Source: an uncultured Methylomarinum sp. (GTDB lineage Bacteria > Pseudomonadota > Gammaproteobacteria > Methylococcales > Methylomonadaceae). From it: a stretch of DNA of 42,958 bases. This document shows positions 18,501-25,567 of this stretch, in pieces. The notes under the pieces were generated by a model. The model did no database searches and was not told the DNA's origin. It saw nothing but the letters and a program-made list of their open reading frames with translations. The stretch spans positions 1 through 42,958 of the forward strand of contig CAYMPX010000001.1 in NCBI GenBank assembly GCA_964392135.1. The letters run 5' to 3'. How positions within the stretch are numbered: the first letter of the stretch is position 1; every line of letters begins with the position of its first letter. The position numbers were made by a program, and so were the translations under genes.

Positions 18501-18668
18501 GTGACCACAGCATTGGGTTTAATCCCCTTATTACTGGCCAGTGGTACGGGGTCTGAAGTGCAACGACCGTTGGCAACGGTTGTTATTGGTGGCTTGGTTA
18601 CCTCAACTTTTTTAACGCTACTTATTATTCCTGCACTCTACAAATGGTTTGCAATAGAACCTAAATAA
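15579..18668 (+). CDS. CusA/CzcA-family heavy-metal efflux RND permease (CzcA-like periplasmic domain, substrate uncertain)
   Basis: 1029 aa. LTQPIEMTVEELLEGVKAELAVKLFGDD resembles CzcA. The TM4 motif, however, is GGLAIAIGMMVDGTIVMVEN (16755-16814), and the CusA methionine triad is not conserved. Confidence 0.85.
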   Translation: MNQIINLSLRSRLLMLVLAVLVIAAGYRSYQKLPVDAFPDVSPNLVQIFTLTAGLAPEEIEKYVTYPVEVSMNGLPGIEKIRSISNFGLSVVSVYFKDDMDIYFVRQLVNERLQEARGQIPPGYGDPQMGPISTGMGLVLFYYLKDDTHKYTLEDLRTMQDWIVKFNLQTVKGVTEVLGIGGFVKQFQVVVHPDALLRYGVSLAEITRRINSNNLNIGAQYLESNNEQFIIRSVGLLQGIPDINQIVIKTVDGRPVYLQDVATVRIGGAIRRGLQTHNGEGEVVAGMAIKLYGTNASTVIERVEEKINKINKALPEGVTIVPYYQQKDIVEGAVKTVSNALIQGIVLVSLVLFLFMGGFRPSIVVALAIPFSVMFAFIAMGQFDLSANLMSLGGLAIAIGMMVDGTIVMVENVDRMLRESDPDEPRIHVVGRACREVAKPILFAISIIIIVFLPLFTLEGVAGKTFKPLAFTVALAMLGSLVYALFLAPVMSDILMRRQQPRADGKPNMDERILNALLTPYRPLVSYFVNHRKIAISVAAGLLLLGSIVFPFLGSEFTPTLQEGTIVVQLTMAPSVAITETRKNTEIVERRLLTIPEVIEVTSRIGRGEVGAHADPVNSAEMYVILKPKDEWREPGNQEFIEQEIRKKIANLPGMAANLTQPIEMTVEELLEGVKAELAVKLFGDDLDLLKKNADKIAAVMKQVPGAADVKVDQVSGTPQLVITPDRQAIARYGLNIDDVQNVIRSAVGGTTAGQIFEGIRRFDIYIRYDKKYRNTPAAIANILISGPNGLQVPLAQIANIREIVGPRQITRENNQRFITIQANVVGRDIGSFVAEAQQAIDNKVSLPPGYLTTWGGQFRLQQEANARLAVVVPVTLIIVALLLYSSFNSLKNAALILLNIPLALVGGVIALWLSGQNLSVPASVGFIALFGIALENGMVLVTYLNQLVREGVALDKASIQGACLRVRPVLMTAVTTALGLIPLLLASGTGSEVQRPLATVVIGGLVTSTFLTLLIIPALYKWFAIEPK

Positions 18669-18676
18669 CATTTTTG

Positions 18677-18704
18677 GGTGTACAAAATTCATTTTTTGTA
18701 CACC
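18677..18704 (+). terminator. Hairpin after the RND permease gene (attenuator or terminator candidate)
   Basis: GGTGTACAAAA (18677-18687) pairs with TTTTGTACACC (18694-18704) around a 6-nt loop. There is no clean U-tract beyond the T-rich right arm. Confidence 0.4.
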
Positions 18705-18740
18705 TAATTCGTGAAAAACTTAATTGAACAGGAAATTATT

Positions 18741-19205
18741 ATGTCTAAAAAAATAATCTTATCATCATTTCTAGCAACCTTGGCATTCGCCTCTTTTTCA
18801 GCTCAAGCGGGGAAAATTAAATTATCTGACGTTCCAGAAGCCGTTATTAAAACCATGAAAGCAGAACATCCTGATGCAAAAAATATCAAAGTTGATAAAG
18901 CATTACATTTTGGAATAGTACTCTATGAAGTGAAATATAAAACCAATGGCAAACAGCATGAAACCTTATTTGAGTCGCATGGTAAACACTTTGGACATGA
19001 AGAAGAAGTTGAGGTCTCGGAGTTACCTAAAGCCATCCTTAAAACACTGAATCAGACCTTTAAAAACCTAAGTATTCAGGATGCTGAAAAAATTGAACAC
19101 CCTGATGGTCGGATTGAATATGAGATTGATATTAATGATAATGGTGTAGATTGGGAATTAGCTATGAATCCAGAAGGCGATATTTTAGTGAAGGAAAGAG
19201 ATTAA
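18741..19205 (+). CDS. Periplasmic PepSY-like (DUF2874-type) protein
   Basis: The ORF is open from a GTG at 18711. The ATG at 18741 is preceded by AGGAA. It has a signal peptide ending SAQAG and two repeats of the beta-rich module (YEVKYKTNGKQHETLF and IEYEIDINDNGVDWELAMNPEGDIL). Confidence 0.55.
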   Translation: MSKKIILSSFLATLAFASFSAQAGKIKLSDVPEAVIKTMKAEHPDAKNIKVDKALHFGIVLYEVKYKTNGKQHETLFESHGKHFGHEEEVEVSELPKAILKTLNQTFKNLSIQDAEKIEHPDGRIEYEIDINDNGVDWELAMNPEGDILVKERD

Positions 19206-19206
19206 T

Positions 19207-19548
19207 ATGAAACAAGTTATTGCCTATATAAAACCCCATAAATTAGATAATATTATGCTGGCGTTGCATGGGATTGAAAAATTAACGGGAATCAGCGTAT
19301 TAGAAATGCGTGGCTGTGGTCGTAGTCGTAAAGCGAGTCAGACATCAATCTTTGATAAAGACAATTATGGCTTGGTTTCTCGCTTAAAACTGGAAATAGC
19401 CTGTTGTGATGAGCTGGTTGAACAGGTTATTACAGCGCTACAGGACAGTGCGCATACAGGGCTTAGAGGAGATGGAAAAATCTATGTGCTACCTGTGCTG
19501 GAAGCGGTTCGTATTAGTACAGGTGACACTGGCGAAATAGCAATTTAA
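19207..19548 (+). CDS. P-II (GlnB-like) family signal-transduction protein with a divergent T-loop
   Basis: 113 aa, alignable to GlnB along its whole length (MKQVIAYIKPHKLD.., GDGKIYVLPVLEAVRISTGDTGEIAI). The T-loop region GCGRSRKASQTSIFDKDNYG differs from canonical GlnB/GlnK. The start lies 1 nt after the upstream stop codon. Confidence 0.8.
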   Translation: MKQVIAYIKPHKLDNIMLALHGIEKLTGISVLEMRGCGRSRKASQTSIFDKDNYGLVSRLKLEIACCDELVEQVITALQDSAHTGLRGDGKIYVLPVLEAVRISTGDTGEIAI

Positions 19549-19553
19549 CCCAG

Positions 19554-19582
19554 TAGGATGCGCTGAGGTACGGAAGCGCATC
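19554..19582. repeat. REP-like element
   Basis: TAGGATGCGCTGAGGTACGGAAGCGCATC with a perfect 8-bp stem, GATGCGCT/AGCGCATC. A near-identical inverted copy sits at 42730-42757. Confidence 0.7.
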
Positions 19583-19600
19583 ATCAAATGACGAAAAACT

Positions 19601-21904
19601 ATGAAAACACCTGAAACAAATTGTTGCTGCCATAACGAGCCAACAGAGACTCAAGCTCTTTCATCAATGTCCACAGCTGGCATAACCTTTAAAATAGAAG
19701 GTCTCGACTGTGTTGAAGAAGTCAGCATTTTAAAATCAGAAATCGGTCCTTTAGTTGGTGGTGGTGATAAACTGGCTTTTGATGTTATCAATGGTCGTAT
19801 GACGATTATTGCAGAAGCCATACAGGTGACTGAAAAAACCATAATCAAAGCCGTTGCTGCAACCGGAATGAAAGCCACACGCTGGAAACCGGGAGAAACA
19901 CAAACAGATGTTAACCAACGGCAACGATCACAGACCCTTTATGCAACAGTCAGTGGTTTGTGTATTGTTACGGGGGTATTGATACATGTAGCCATCGCCG
20001 GTGGTTTTACTGATATTCAACAATTTTTTCTAGCGCCCGAAACATGGACTTATTCATGGCAAGACTTGGGGCATTATCTTAAAAATCTATTAAACGCTCA
20101 TAGCTCACAAACTATGCCGCTGGCTGAAAAAGCAGCTTATAGTCTGGCTATAATTTTTGGCGTTCGCCATGTTATTGTAAAAGCTTTTTATGCTTTAAAA
20201 CGGCTACGTGCTGATATGAACTTATTGATGCTGGTTGCCATTATTGGTGCCATGTTTATTAATGAGTGGTTTGAAGCCGCAGCCGTTAGTTTTTTATTTT
20301 CTTTATCTTTAGCCATTGAAAGCTGGAGTATAGGTCGTGCAAGACATGCAGTAGAAGCCTTATTAGATCTAGCACCTTCCAAAGTAACCGTCAAACAAGA
20401 GAACGGACAAGCGTTTGATATTCCCGCTGCTGAAGTCACAATAGGTACCGTGTTTATTGTCAAACCAGGCGATAAAATTCCACTGGATGGTGAGGTAGTA
20501 ACAGGTATCAGTTCAGTCAACCAGGCACCGATTACCGGTGAAAGTATCCCTGTGACTAAACAAACAGGGGATGATGTTTACGCGGGGAGTATTAATGGCG
20601 AAGCAGTACTGGAAATTAAAGCGAGTAAATTCGCTTCTGATACCACGTTGGCACATATAGTTCGCATGGTTGAAGATGCACATAGCAAACGTGCCGAAAC
20701 TGAACAGTGGGTGGAAAATTTTGCCCGTATTTATACGCCTATCGTGATGCTGTTGGCTTTAGCCGTATTTATTATTCCACCGTTATTTTTTGCAGGTATT
20801 TGGCAGTTATGGTTGTATAAAGCATTAGTCTTATTAGTGATTGCTTGTCCTTGTGCACTGGTCATTTCTACGCCTGTCAGTATTGTTGCTGCATTAGCCT
20901 GTGCAGCCAGACAAGGTATCCTGATAAAAGGCGGAATTTATATAGAAGCACCTGCACACCTTAATGCCATTGCTTTTGACAAAACGGGGACGTTGACCTG
21001 TGGCAACCCTGTAGTTACGGGGCTTTATCCCTTTAACAATCATAGTGAAGAAGAGCTGCTCAGTCGAGCTGCCGCATTAGAATCACGCAGTAACCATCCG
21101 CTTGCCAAAGCTATTTTAAACTATACCGAAAGCCAAGGTGTTCAGATTGCCAGTGCTGAAAATGTTGCTGTTTTGCCTGGAAAAGGGGTAACAGGCTTAT
21201 TTAACGGTGCTGATTTTTGGCTGGGTTCCAGACGTTATTTATTGGAACGTGGACAGGAAACCCCAAAAATCAGTCAACAAGCTCTGGTTTTGGAACAGAC
21301 CGGAAAAACAGTGATTGCCATTGGTAATGAGCAGCATGTCTGTGGTCTTATCGCTGTTGCAGATCAGCCAAGACCGCAAATCAACTCGGTTTTGCAAGCT
21401 CTGAAACAGAGCGGTATTCAACATTTAGCCATGCTAACAGGTGACAACCAGGTAACCGCTGAAAATATTGCCAAAGCTTGTGGCATAAATGAAGTTCATG
21501 CCGAATTACTTCCAGCCGATAAGGTTGAGATTGTGGGACAAATGGTCGAACACTATGGCAATGTGGCAATGATAGGTGATGGCATCAATGATGCACCTGC
21601 ACTGGGTAGAGCTAATTTAGGGATTGCTATGGGCGTGATGGGATCGGATGCTGCCATAGAGACAGCAGATATTGCCTTAATGGGTGACGATCTTTCCAAA
21701 TTACCCTGGCTAATCAATCATTCAAAAAGGACATTAAGTATTATCCGGCAAAATATTGTTTTTGCACTGTCACTGAAAGCTGCTTTTGCAATTTTAGCGT
21801 TTGCCGGAATGGCAACTTTATGGCAAGCCATTGCTGCGGATATGGGAGCTTCTTTGTTGGTAGTGGCTAATGGACTGAGACTGTTAAAGCCCAAAGGAAT
21901 TTGA
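19601..21904 (+). CDS. zntA: Heavy-metal P1B-type ATPase, Zn/Cd/Pb (P1B-2) class
   Basis: 767 aa with TGES, CPC in TM4 (ACPCALVIS), DKTGTLT and GDGINDAPAL. A Lys in TM5 (SLKAAF) and ADMG in TM6 match the P1B-2 signature. The N-terminus carries CCCH plus a degenerate HMA domain (GLDCVEE). Confidence 0.85.
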   Translation: MKTPETNCCCHNEPTETQALSSMSTAGITFKIEGLDCVEEVSILKSEIGPLVGGGDKLAFDVINGRMTIIAEAIQVTEKTIIKAVAATGMKATRWKPGETQTDVNQRQRSQTLYATVSGLCIVTGVLIHVAIAGGFTDIQQFFLAPETWTYSWQDLGHYLKNLLNAHSSQTMPLAEKAAYSLAIIFGVRHVIVKAFYALKRLRADMNLLMLVAIIGAMFINEWFEAAAVSFLFSLSLAIESWSIGRARHAVEALLDLAPSKVTVKQENGQAFDIPAAEVTIGTVFIVKPGDKIPLDGEVVTGISSVNQAPITGESIPVTKQTGDDVYAGSINGEAVLEIKASKFASDTTLAHIVRMVEDAHSKRAETEQWVENFARIYTPIVMLLALAVFIIPPLFFAGIWQLWLYKALVLLVIACPCALVISTPVSIVAALACAARQGILIKGGIYIEAPAHLNAIAFDKTGTLTCGNPVVTGLYPFNNHSEEELLSRAAALESRSNHPLAKAILNYTESQGVQIASAENVAVLPGKGVTGLFNGADFWLGSRRYLLERGQETPKISQQALVLEQTGKTVIAIGNEQHVCGLIAVADQPRPQINSVLQALKQSGIQHLAMLTGDNQVTAENIAKACGINEVHAELLPADKVEIVGQMVEHYGNVAMIGDGINDAPALGRANLGIAMGVMGSDAAIETADIALMGDDLSKLPWLINHSKRTLSIIRQNIVFALSLKAAFAILAFAGMATLWQAIAADMGASLLVVANGLRLLKPKGI

Positions 21905-21907
21905 CGG

Positions 21908-22336
21908 TTAGAGTACAAAAATATGTTTTTGTACTCCTTTATCTGTACTTTCGATTTTCTCAATAATGGGACAACCCAGCTGGCTACAAGCACATGAACC
22001 AATCAGCCCTTGTAATTCTTGACGTAATATATCTAACTCTGATATTTGTTTTTCAATGACATCTAGTTTTTGTTGTGTCAATTCGCGGACATCTTCACGC
22101 ATTTGCTTTGGGTTATCACGCATTTTGAGTAATGCTTTTATTTCATCCAGCGTAAAGTTCATCAATTTTGCGCGTTGAATAAATTGTATTCTGGCAATAT
22201 CTGATTCACTATATAAACGAATGCCTCCGCTATTGCGGTTGATGGATGCTAATAAATTGATTTTTTCATAATAACGCAACGTATCAATACTGATCTTTAA
22301 TTGTTTGGCGACGGTGCCTATTCGATAACTTTTCAT
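21908..22336 (-). CDS. MerR-family metal-responsive transcriptional regulator (ZntR/CadR/PbrR-like)
   Basis: It has a helix-turn-helix (YRIGTVAKQLKISIDTLRYYEKINLL), a coiled-coil dimerisation helix and a C-terminal Cys loop (GSCACSQLGCP). The ATG at 22336 forms an ATGA overlap with the NHL gene stop codon. The ORF is open back to 22354. Confidence 0.85.
   Translation of the reverse strand: MKSYRIGTVAKQLKISIDTLRYYEKINLLASINRNSGGIRLYSESDIARIQFIQRAKLMNFTLDEIKALLKMRDNPKQMREDVRELTQQKLDVIEKQISELDILRQELQGLIGSCACSQLGCPIIEKIESTDKGVQKHIFVL
21911..21936. terminator. Bidirectional hairpin between the convergent ATPase and MerR genes
   Basis: GAGTACAAAAA (21911-21921) pairs with TTTTTGTACTC (21926-21936) around a 4-nt loop. 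It starts 7 nt after the ATPase stop codon and overlaps the last codons of the MerR ORF. Confidence 0.5.
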
Positions 22337-23322
22337 GATGTGCCTGGTTGCCATTTCTGGATTCTATTATTGCCAAAATCAGCAACAAACACCGTGCCAT
22401 CATCAGCAACCGCAACGGCAATCGCATGTTGAAATTGGCCAGGCTCACTCCCTTTGGTTCCAAATCGAGTTAAAAATTCTCCGGCTTTGTTGAATTTCTG
22501 AATACGGTGATTATAAAAATCTGCAACAAACAGCTGGTCTGACTTATCGATGGCAATAGATGTGGTGGTGGCGAACCAACTATTAAATGGTCCGAAAATA
22601 TTCAACCCAAAAGGACCACCCCATTTATGTAAAAACTTGCCAGCCTTGGAAAAAACCTGAATACGGTCGTTATAGCCATCGGCAATATAAAGATTGCCAT
22701 CTGAGTCAAGTGCAACATCGGTGGGATAATTAAATTCTCCTGCCCAGATTCCAGTTTCTTCAGTATTTCCCCACTGTTCGATAAAACCACCCTCTGCACT
22801 GAGGTGCTGAATACGTTGATTATAAAAATCAGCGACAAACAAATCACCATCTGCTGCGATAGCCACACCGCCCGGCGCATTAAATTCACCGGGGGCGTTT
22901 CCATGTTTACCGATACTGCGATGGAGAACACCATCCAAACTAAAGACCTGAATTCTATCGTTCCAATAATCGGCAACGTAGAGTTCACCATTATGGATAG
23001 ACAGATTCATAGGACGACCCAGTTGCCCTGGTTCTGTTCCTTTTGTGCCAAACTGACGTTTGAAGTGACCTTCATAATTAAAAACCTGAATGCGTGCATT
23101 ACGTGCATCGCTGACAAATACCTCAGTTTTACTGACAGCGATTCCAGTGGGATCATTGAACTGTCCCGGCGCTGATCCCTTTTCTCCCCAGGCTTTAACA
23201 AAGTGATAATCCGCTTCTATTGCCGAAGGTATCCAGACAACCCAAACTATCACAAGTAAAGCAAGGATTATGGCTATTAAAGCCAAACTATATTTGATTA
23301 GCATTTTGTTTATCATGCACAA
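22333..23322 (-). CDS. Membrane-anchored six-bladed NHL-repeat beta-propeller protein
   Basis: 329 aa with an N-terminal TM helix (LALIAIILALLVIVWVVWI). Six repeats follow the pattern F(N/Q)xPxGxAxxxxGxL(F/Y)VADxxNxRIQxF. Confidence 0.8.
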   Translation of the reverse strand: MCMINKMLIKYSLALIAIILALLVIVWVVWIPSAIEADYHFVKAWGEKGSAPGQFNDPTGIAVSKTEVFVSDARNARIQVFNYEGHFKRQFGTKGTEPGQLGRPMNLSIHNGELYVADYWNDRIQVFSLDGVLHRSIGKHGNAPGEFNAPGGVAIAADGDLFVADFYNQRIQHLSAEGGFIEQWGNTEETGIWAGEFNYPTDVALDSDGNLYIADGYNDRIQVFSKAGKFLHKWGGPFGLNIFGPFNSWFATTTSIAIDKSDQLFVADFYNHRIQKFNKAGEFLTRFGTKGSEPGQFQHAIAVAVADDGTVFVADFGNNRIQKWQPGTS

Positions 23323-23384
23323 GCCTCTGATTTAATGTTAAATCCTCGCTCCTAAGGAAATTAATGTAGGATGTGCGTTCTACT

Positions 23385-24299
23385 TTAAAAGTTAAAACGA
23401 AACCCTGCCCGAACAATAGAGGCATTTTCCAAAGCCATGCCATTCAGTTGTTGAACTACCGGTATTTGCACGGCGGCTTCAACCACCCAACGCTGGGTGA
23501 CGTATTGTAAACCCGGGGTTAAAAACCATAGAGTTCCTCCTGAGTTATGATCAGACTGGCTATTGATCCGGTTTTTCTGTCGAAATAATAAATTACTTTC
23601 CAATACACCATAAAGAAACCCTGGAATTTCGCTAGTTAAGGTTTTTGGCCACAAACGATATTGCAGGGAGGTATCAAAACGAGTTTGGTTACCTGCAGAA
23701 AACCCCTTTGCTTCACCATTTCCCCGGTAGCTAATCTGGCTATCAACCTGGTAATCCAGTGTTTGGTAGGTAGTCACGATGCCACCAAAGGCATCCCAGG
23801 AACCGGAGCCAGACTGTACGCTGGGCGGTAATCTGCCTGCATCGTCACGGGAACCATTTTTTCCTGCAGGAGCTTTGAACCCGGCAAACGGTGCGATGCG
23901 CAAAGTACGTCCCAACCAATCTTTCTGGTAGGCAGTATAACGACCAAACAGGCTAACGTCTCCAAGCCCATCGTTTTGCCTATTAAAACTTTGCCCGGAA
24001 ACAGTGATATCAAGACTTTTGTTAACGTAGGGCAGTACACCAAACAGGGCAAGTTTTCTTGATACGCCATAACCCAGGACAGATACAGCTGACCATGCAG
24101 TTCGATCCCGGTCAGATTCACCTGGATCATGTCCGGATTGATTTATTACAAACTGCTGGCGGAAGATAAATTCTTTTTTTGCCACAGGTAATGCAGTATT
24201 AAAAGTGATTGGAGCAGCCCAAATCAATTTGTTAATGCCAATACATAATATCAGTAACAATAAGCCGTTCAAATGGTTATGGTTACTGGACAGTTTCAT
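23385..24299 (-). CDS. Outer-membrane beta-barrel channel (MetA-pathway/transporter-like family)
   Basis: 304 aa with a signal peptide (..LIWAAP), alternating beta-strand pattern and a C-terminal RAGFRFNF (terminal Phe). It overlaps the upstream HMA gene by 17 nt. Confidence 0.6.
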   Translation of the reverse strand: MKLSSNHNHLNGLLLLILCIGINKLIWAAPITFNTALPVAKKEFIFRQQFVINQSGHDPGESDRDRTAWSAVSVLGYGVSRKLALFGVLPYVNKSLDITVSGQSFNRQNDGLGDVSLFGRYTAYQKDWLGRTLRIAPFAGFKAPAGKNGSRDDAGRLPPSVQSGSGSWDAFGGIVTTYQTLDYQVDSQISYRGNGEAKGFSAGNQTRFDTSLQYRLWPKTLTSEIPGFLYGVLESNLLFRQKNRINSQSDHNSGGTLWFLTPGLQYVTQRWVVEAAVQIPVVQQLNGMALENASIVRAGFRFNF

Positions 24300-24606
24300 C
24301 TGAGTTATCTATTTTGCTCTGCTTAAACGCCCGCAAGGTAAATCCTGCATCGGTGACGGCTTGTCGAGCCTGTTCTTTATCAAGGCGAGTGTCTTTCTGC
24401 ATGGTGACGTTAACCAACCCCTTACTAATATCAACAACAACGCTGTCAACACCCTCTATAGCACTCAACTGCTTTTCTATGCCATAGGCACAAAACGGAC
24501 AGCCAAGCCCGTCAACCTGTATTGTATAAATAGTTTCTTTTGCTTGTACTATTGGTGCTACTAATAATAGGATCAGGTTTATCACAATGATTCTAACTGT
24601 TTTCAT
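24283..24606 (-). CDS. Periplasmic heavy-metal-associated (HMA, MerP-like) protein
   Basis: 107 aa with a signal peptide (..PIVQAKE) and the HMA fold motif VDGLGCPFCAYGIEKQL. A GAAGGAG SD site lies upstream. Confidence 0.8.
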   Translation of the reverse strand: MKTVRIIVINLILLLVAPIVQAKETIYTIQVDGLGCPFCAYGIEKQLSAIEGVDSVVVDISKGLVNVTMQKDTRLDKEQARQAVTDAGFTLRAFKQSKIDNSDETVQ

Positions 24607-24654
24607 TTCAACTCCTTCGTGTGACTATGGACTTATTGACTATTTTGCAAACAA

Positions 24655-24685
24655 ATCATATTCTCTGGAGTTAGCTCTAGGTCAA
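24655..24685 (-). promoter_or_regulatory. MerR-type promoter/operator with a 19-bp spacer
   Basis: On the minus strand: TTGACC (24685-24680), the 19-nt spacer TAGAGCTAACTCCAGAGAA, then TATGAT (24660-24655). The spacer contains the imperfect dyad CTAGAG-CTAA-CTCCAG. The promoter lies 49 nt upstream of the HMA gene start. Confidence 0.7.
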
Positions 24686-24740
24686 GAAGTTTAAACGTAA
24701 GAGGACTTTTAGTTGCGGTTTTTCATGTGTTCAAGATCAT

Positions 24741-24965
24741 TCAGAACTCCGGGATGATGGCTGCGATGATTTCCTTGGTTAAACCAATGGTTTCAGGTAC
24801 GCGTGTAATCCATAGGCAATCGTTCATTTCTTGCAGGATTTTCGCAGTGTAAAGCACACTGCCCGCGATTTTTTAACTGTCCGATATAATCGCGGATGTG
24901 TGCTGAAAACTGTTAAAACAGGAACCCGTCTGATGTTCACAGATGAGCTGCAACCCGATTTGATT
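24741..24965 (-). pseudogene. Transposase relic (IS4/IS1634-like C-terminal fragment)
   Basis: A short open frame on the minus strand reads ..AGSVLYTAKILQEMNDCLWITRVPETIGLTKEIIAAIIPEF*. From memory this resembles the (D)SALY..WITRVP region of IS1634/IS4-type DDE transposases. The upstream part is out of frame and interrupted by stop codons. Confidence 0.35.
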
Positions 24966-24985
24966 ATAATGAACAATCTCTAAAC

Positions 24986-25564
24986 TTAACGGCAGTGTCT
25001 CGTAAGCTGCCAAAGTGAACGTACGTTTGAGCGTGATTCGGGCAAATAATACGTAATAGCGATTTCTTCAACTGCAGCTAACAGACAAACAAATGCAGCA
25101 CCCCTGAATGGCCAGGCAATATCAAAAAGAAATAACAGAAAAAATGACAAGCCCATTATTGCCACTGCAAATTTAACCATCCAGGTATGATAGCTGGTAA
25201 AGACATGAAACTTGATGATGCCGACTATAACCGGTGACAAAAAACTGATAATAGTTATCAGGAAATAAACCCGCTCTCGATAGACAATATCAGGCCACAG
25301 CCACCAGGCTGCTGCTGCAATGGTAAAATAAATCAGCAAATCTGCCCAACTATCTAATAATGCGCCAAACTCACTTTCCTGAGCTAACATTCTGGCGGCA
25401 AACCCATCAAGCACATCACTCAAAAATGTAATGGCTAGCAACAATAGAAAGGTATTTCCGTGTCCATACCAGGCTAAATACAACAAAACTGGCGCGCTGA
25501 AAAAACGAAAACAGGTCAGTAAATTCGGTATTGTTAGCAAAGCCTGTAAATGCTGTTTTTGCAT
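24986..25564 (-). CDS. CDP-alcohol phosphatidyltransferase family protein
   Basis: 192 aa and polytopic. It has an exact D(x)2DG(x)2AR(x)8G(x)3D(x)3D motif: DVLDGFAARMLAQESEFGALLDSWAD. Confidence 0.85.
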   Translation of the reverse strand: MQKQHLQALLTIPNLLTCFRFFSAPVLLYLAWYGHGNTFLLLLAITFLSDVLDGFAARMLAQESEFGALLDSWADLLIYFTIAAAAWWLWPDIVYRERVYFLITIISFLSPVIVGIIKFHVFTSYHTWMVKFAVAIMGLSFFLLFLFDIAWPFRGAAFVCLLAAVEEIAITYYLPESRSNVRSLWQLTRHCR

Positions 25565-25567
25565 TAT

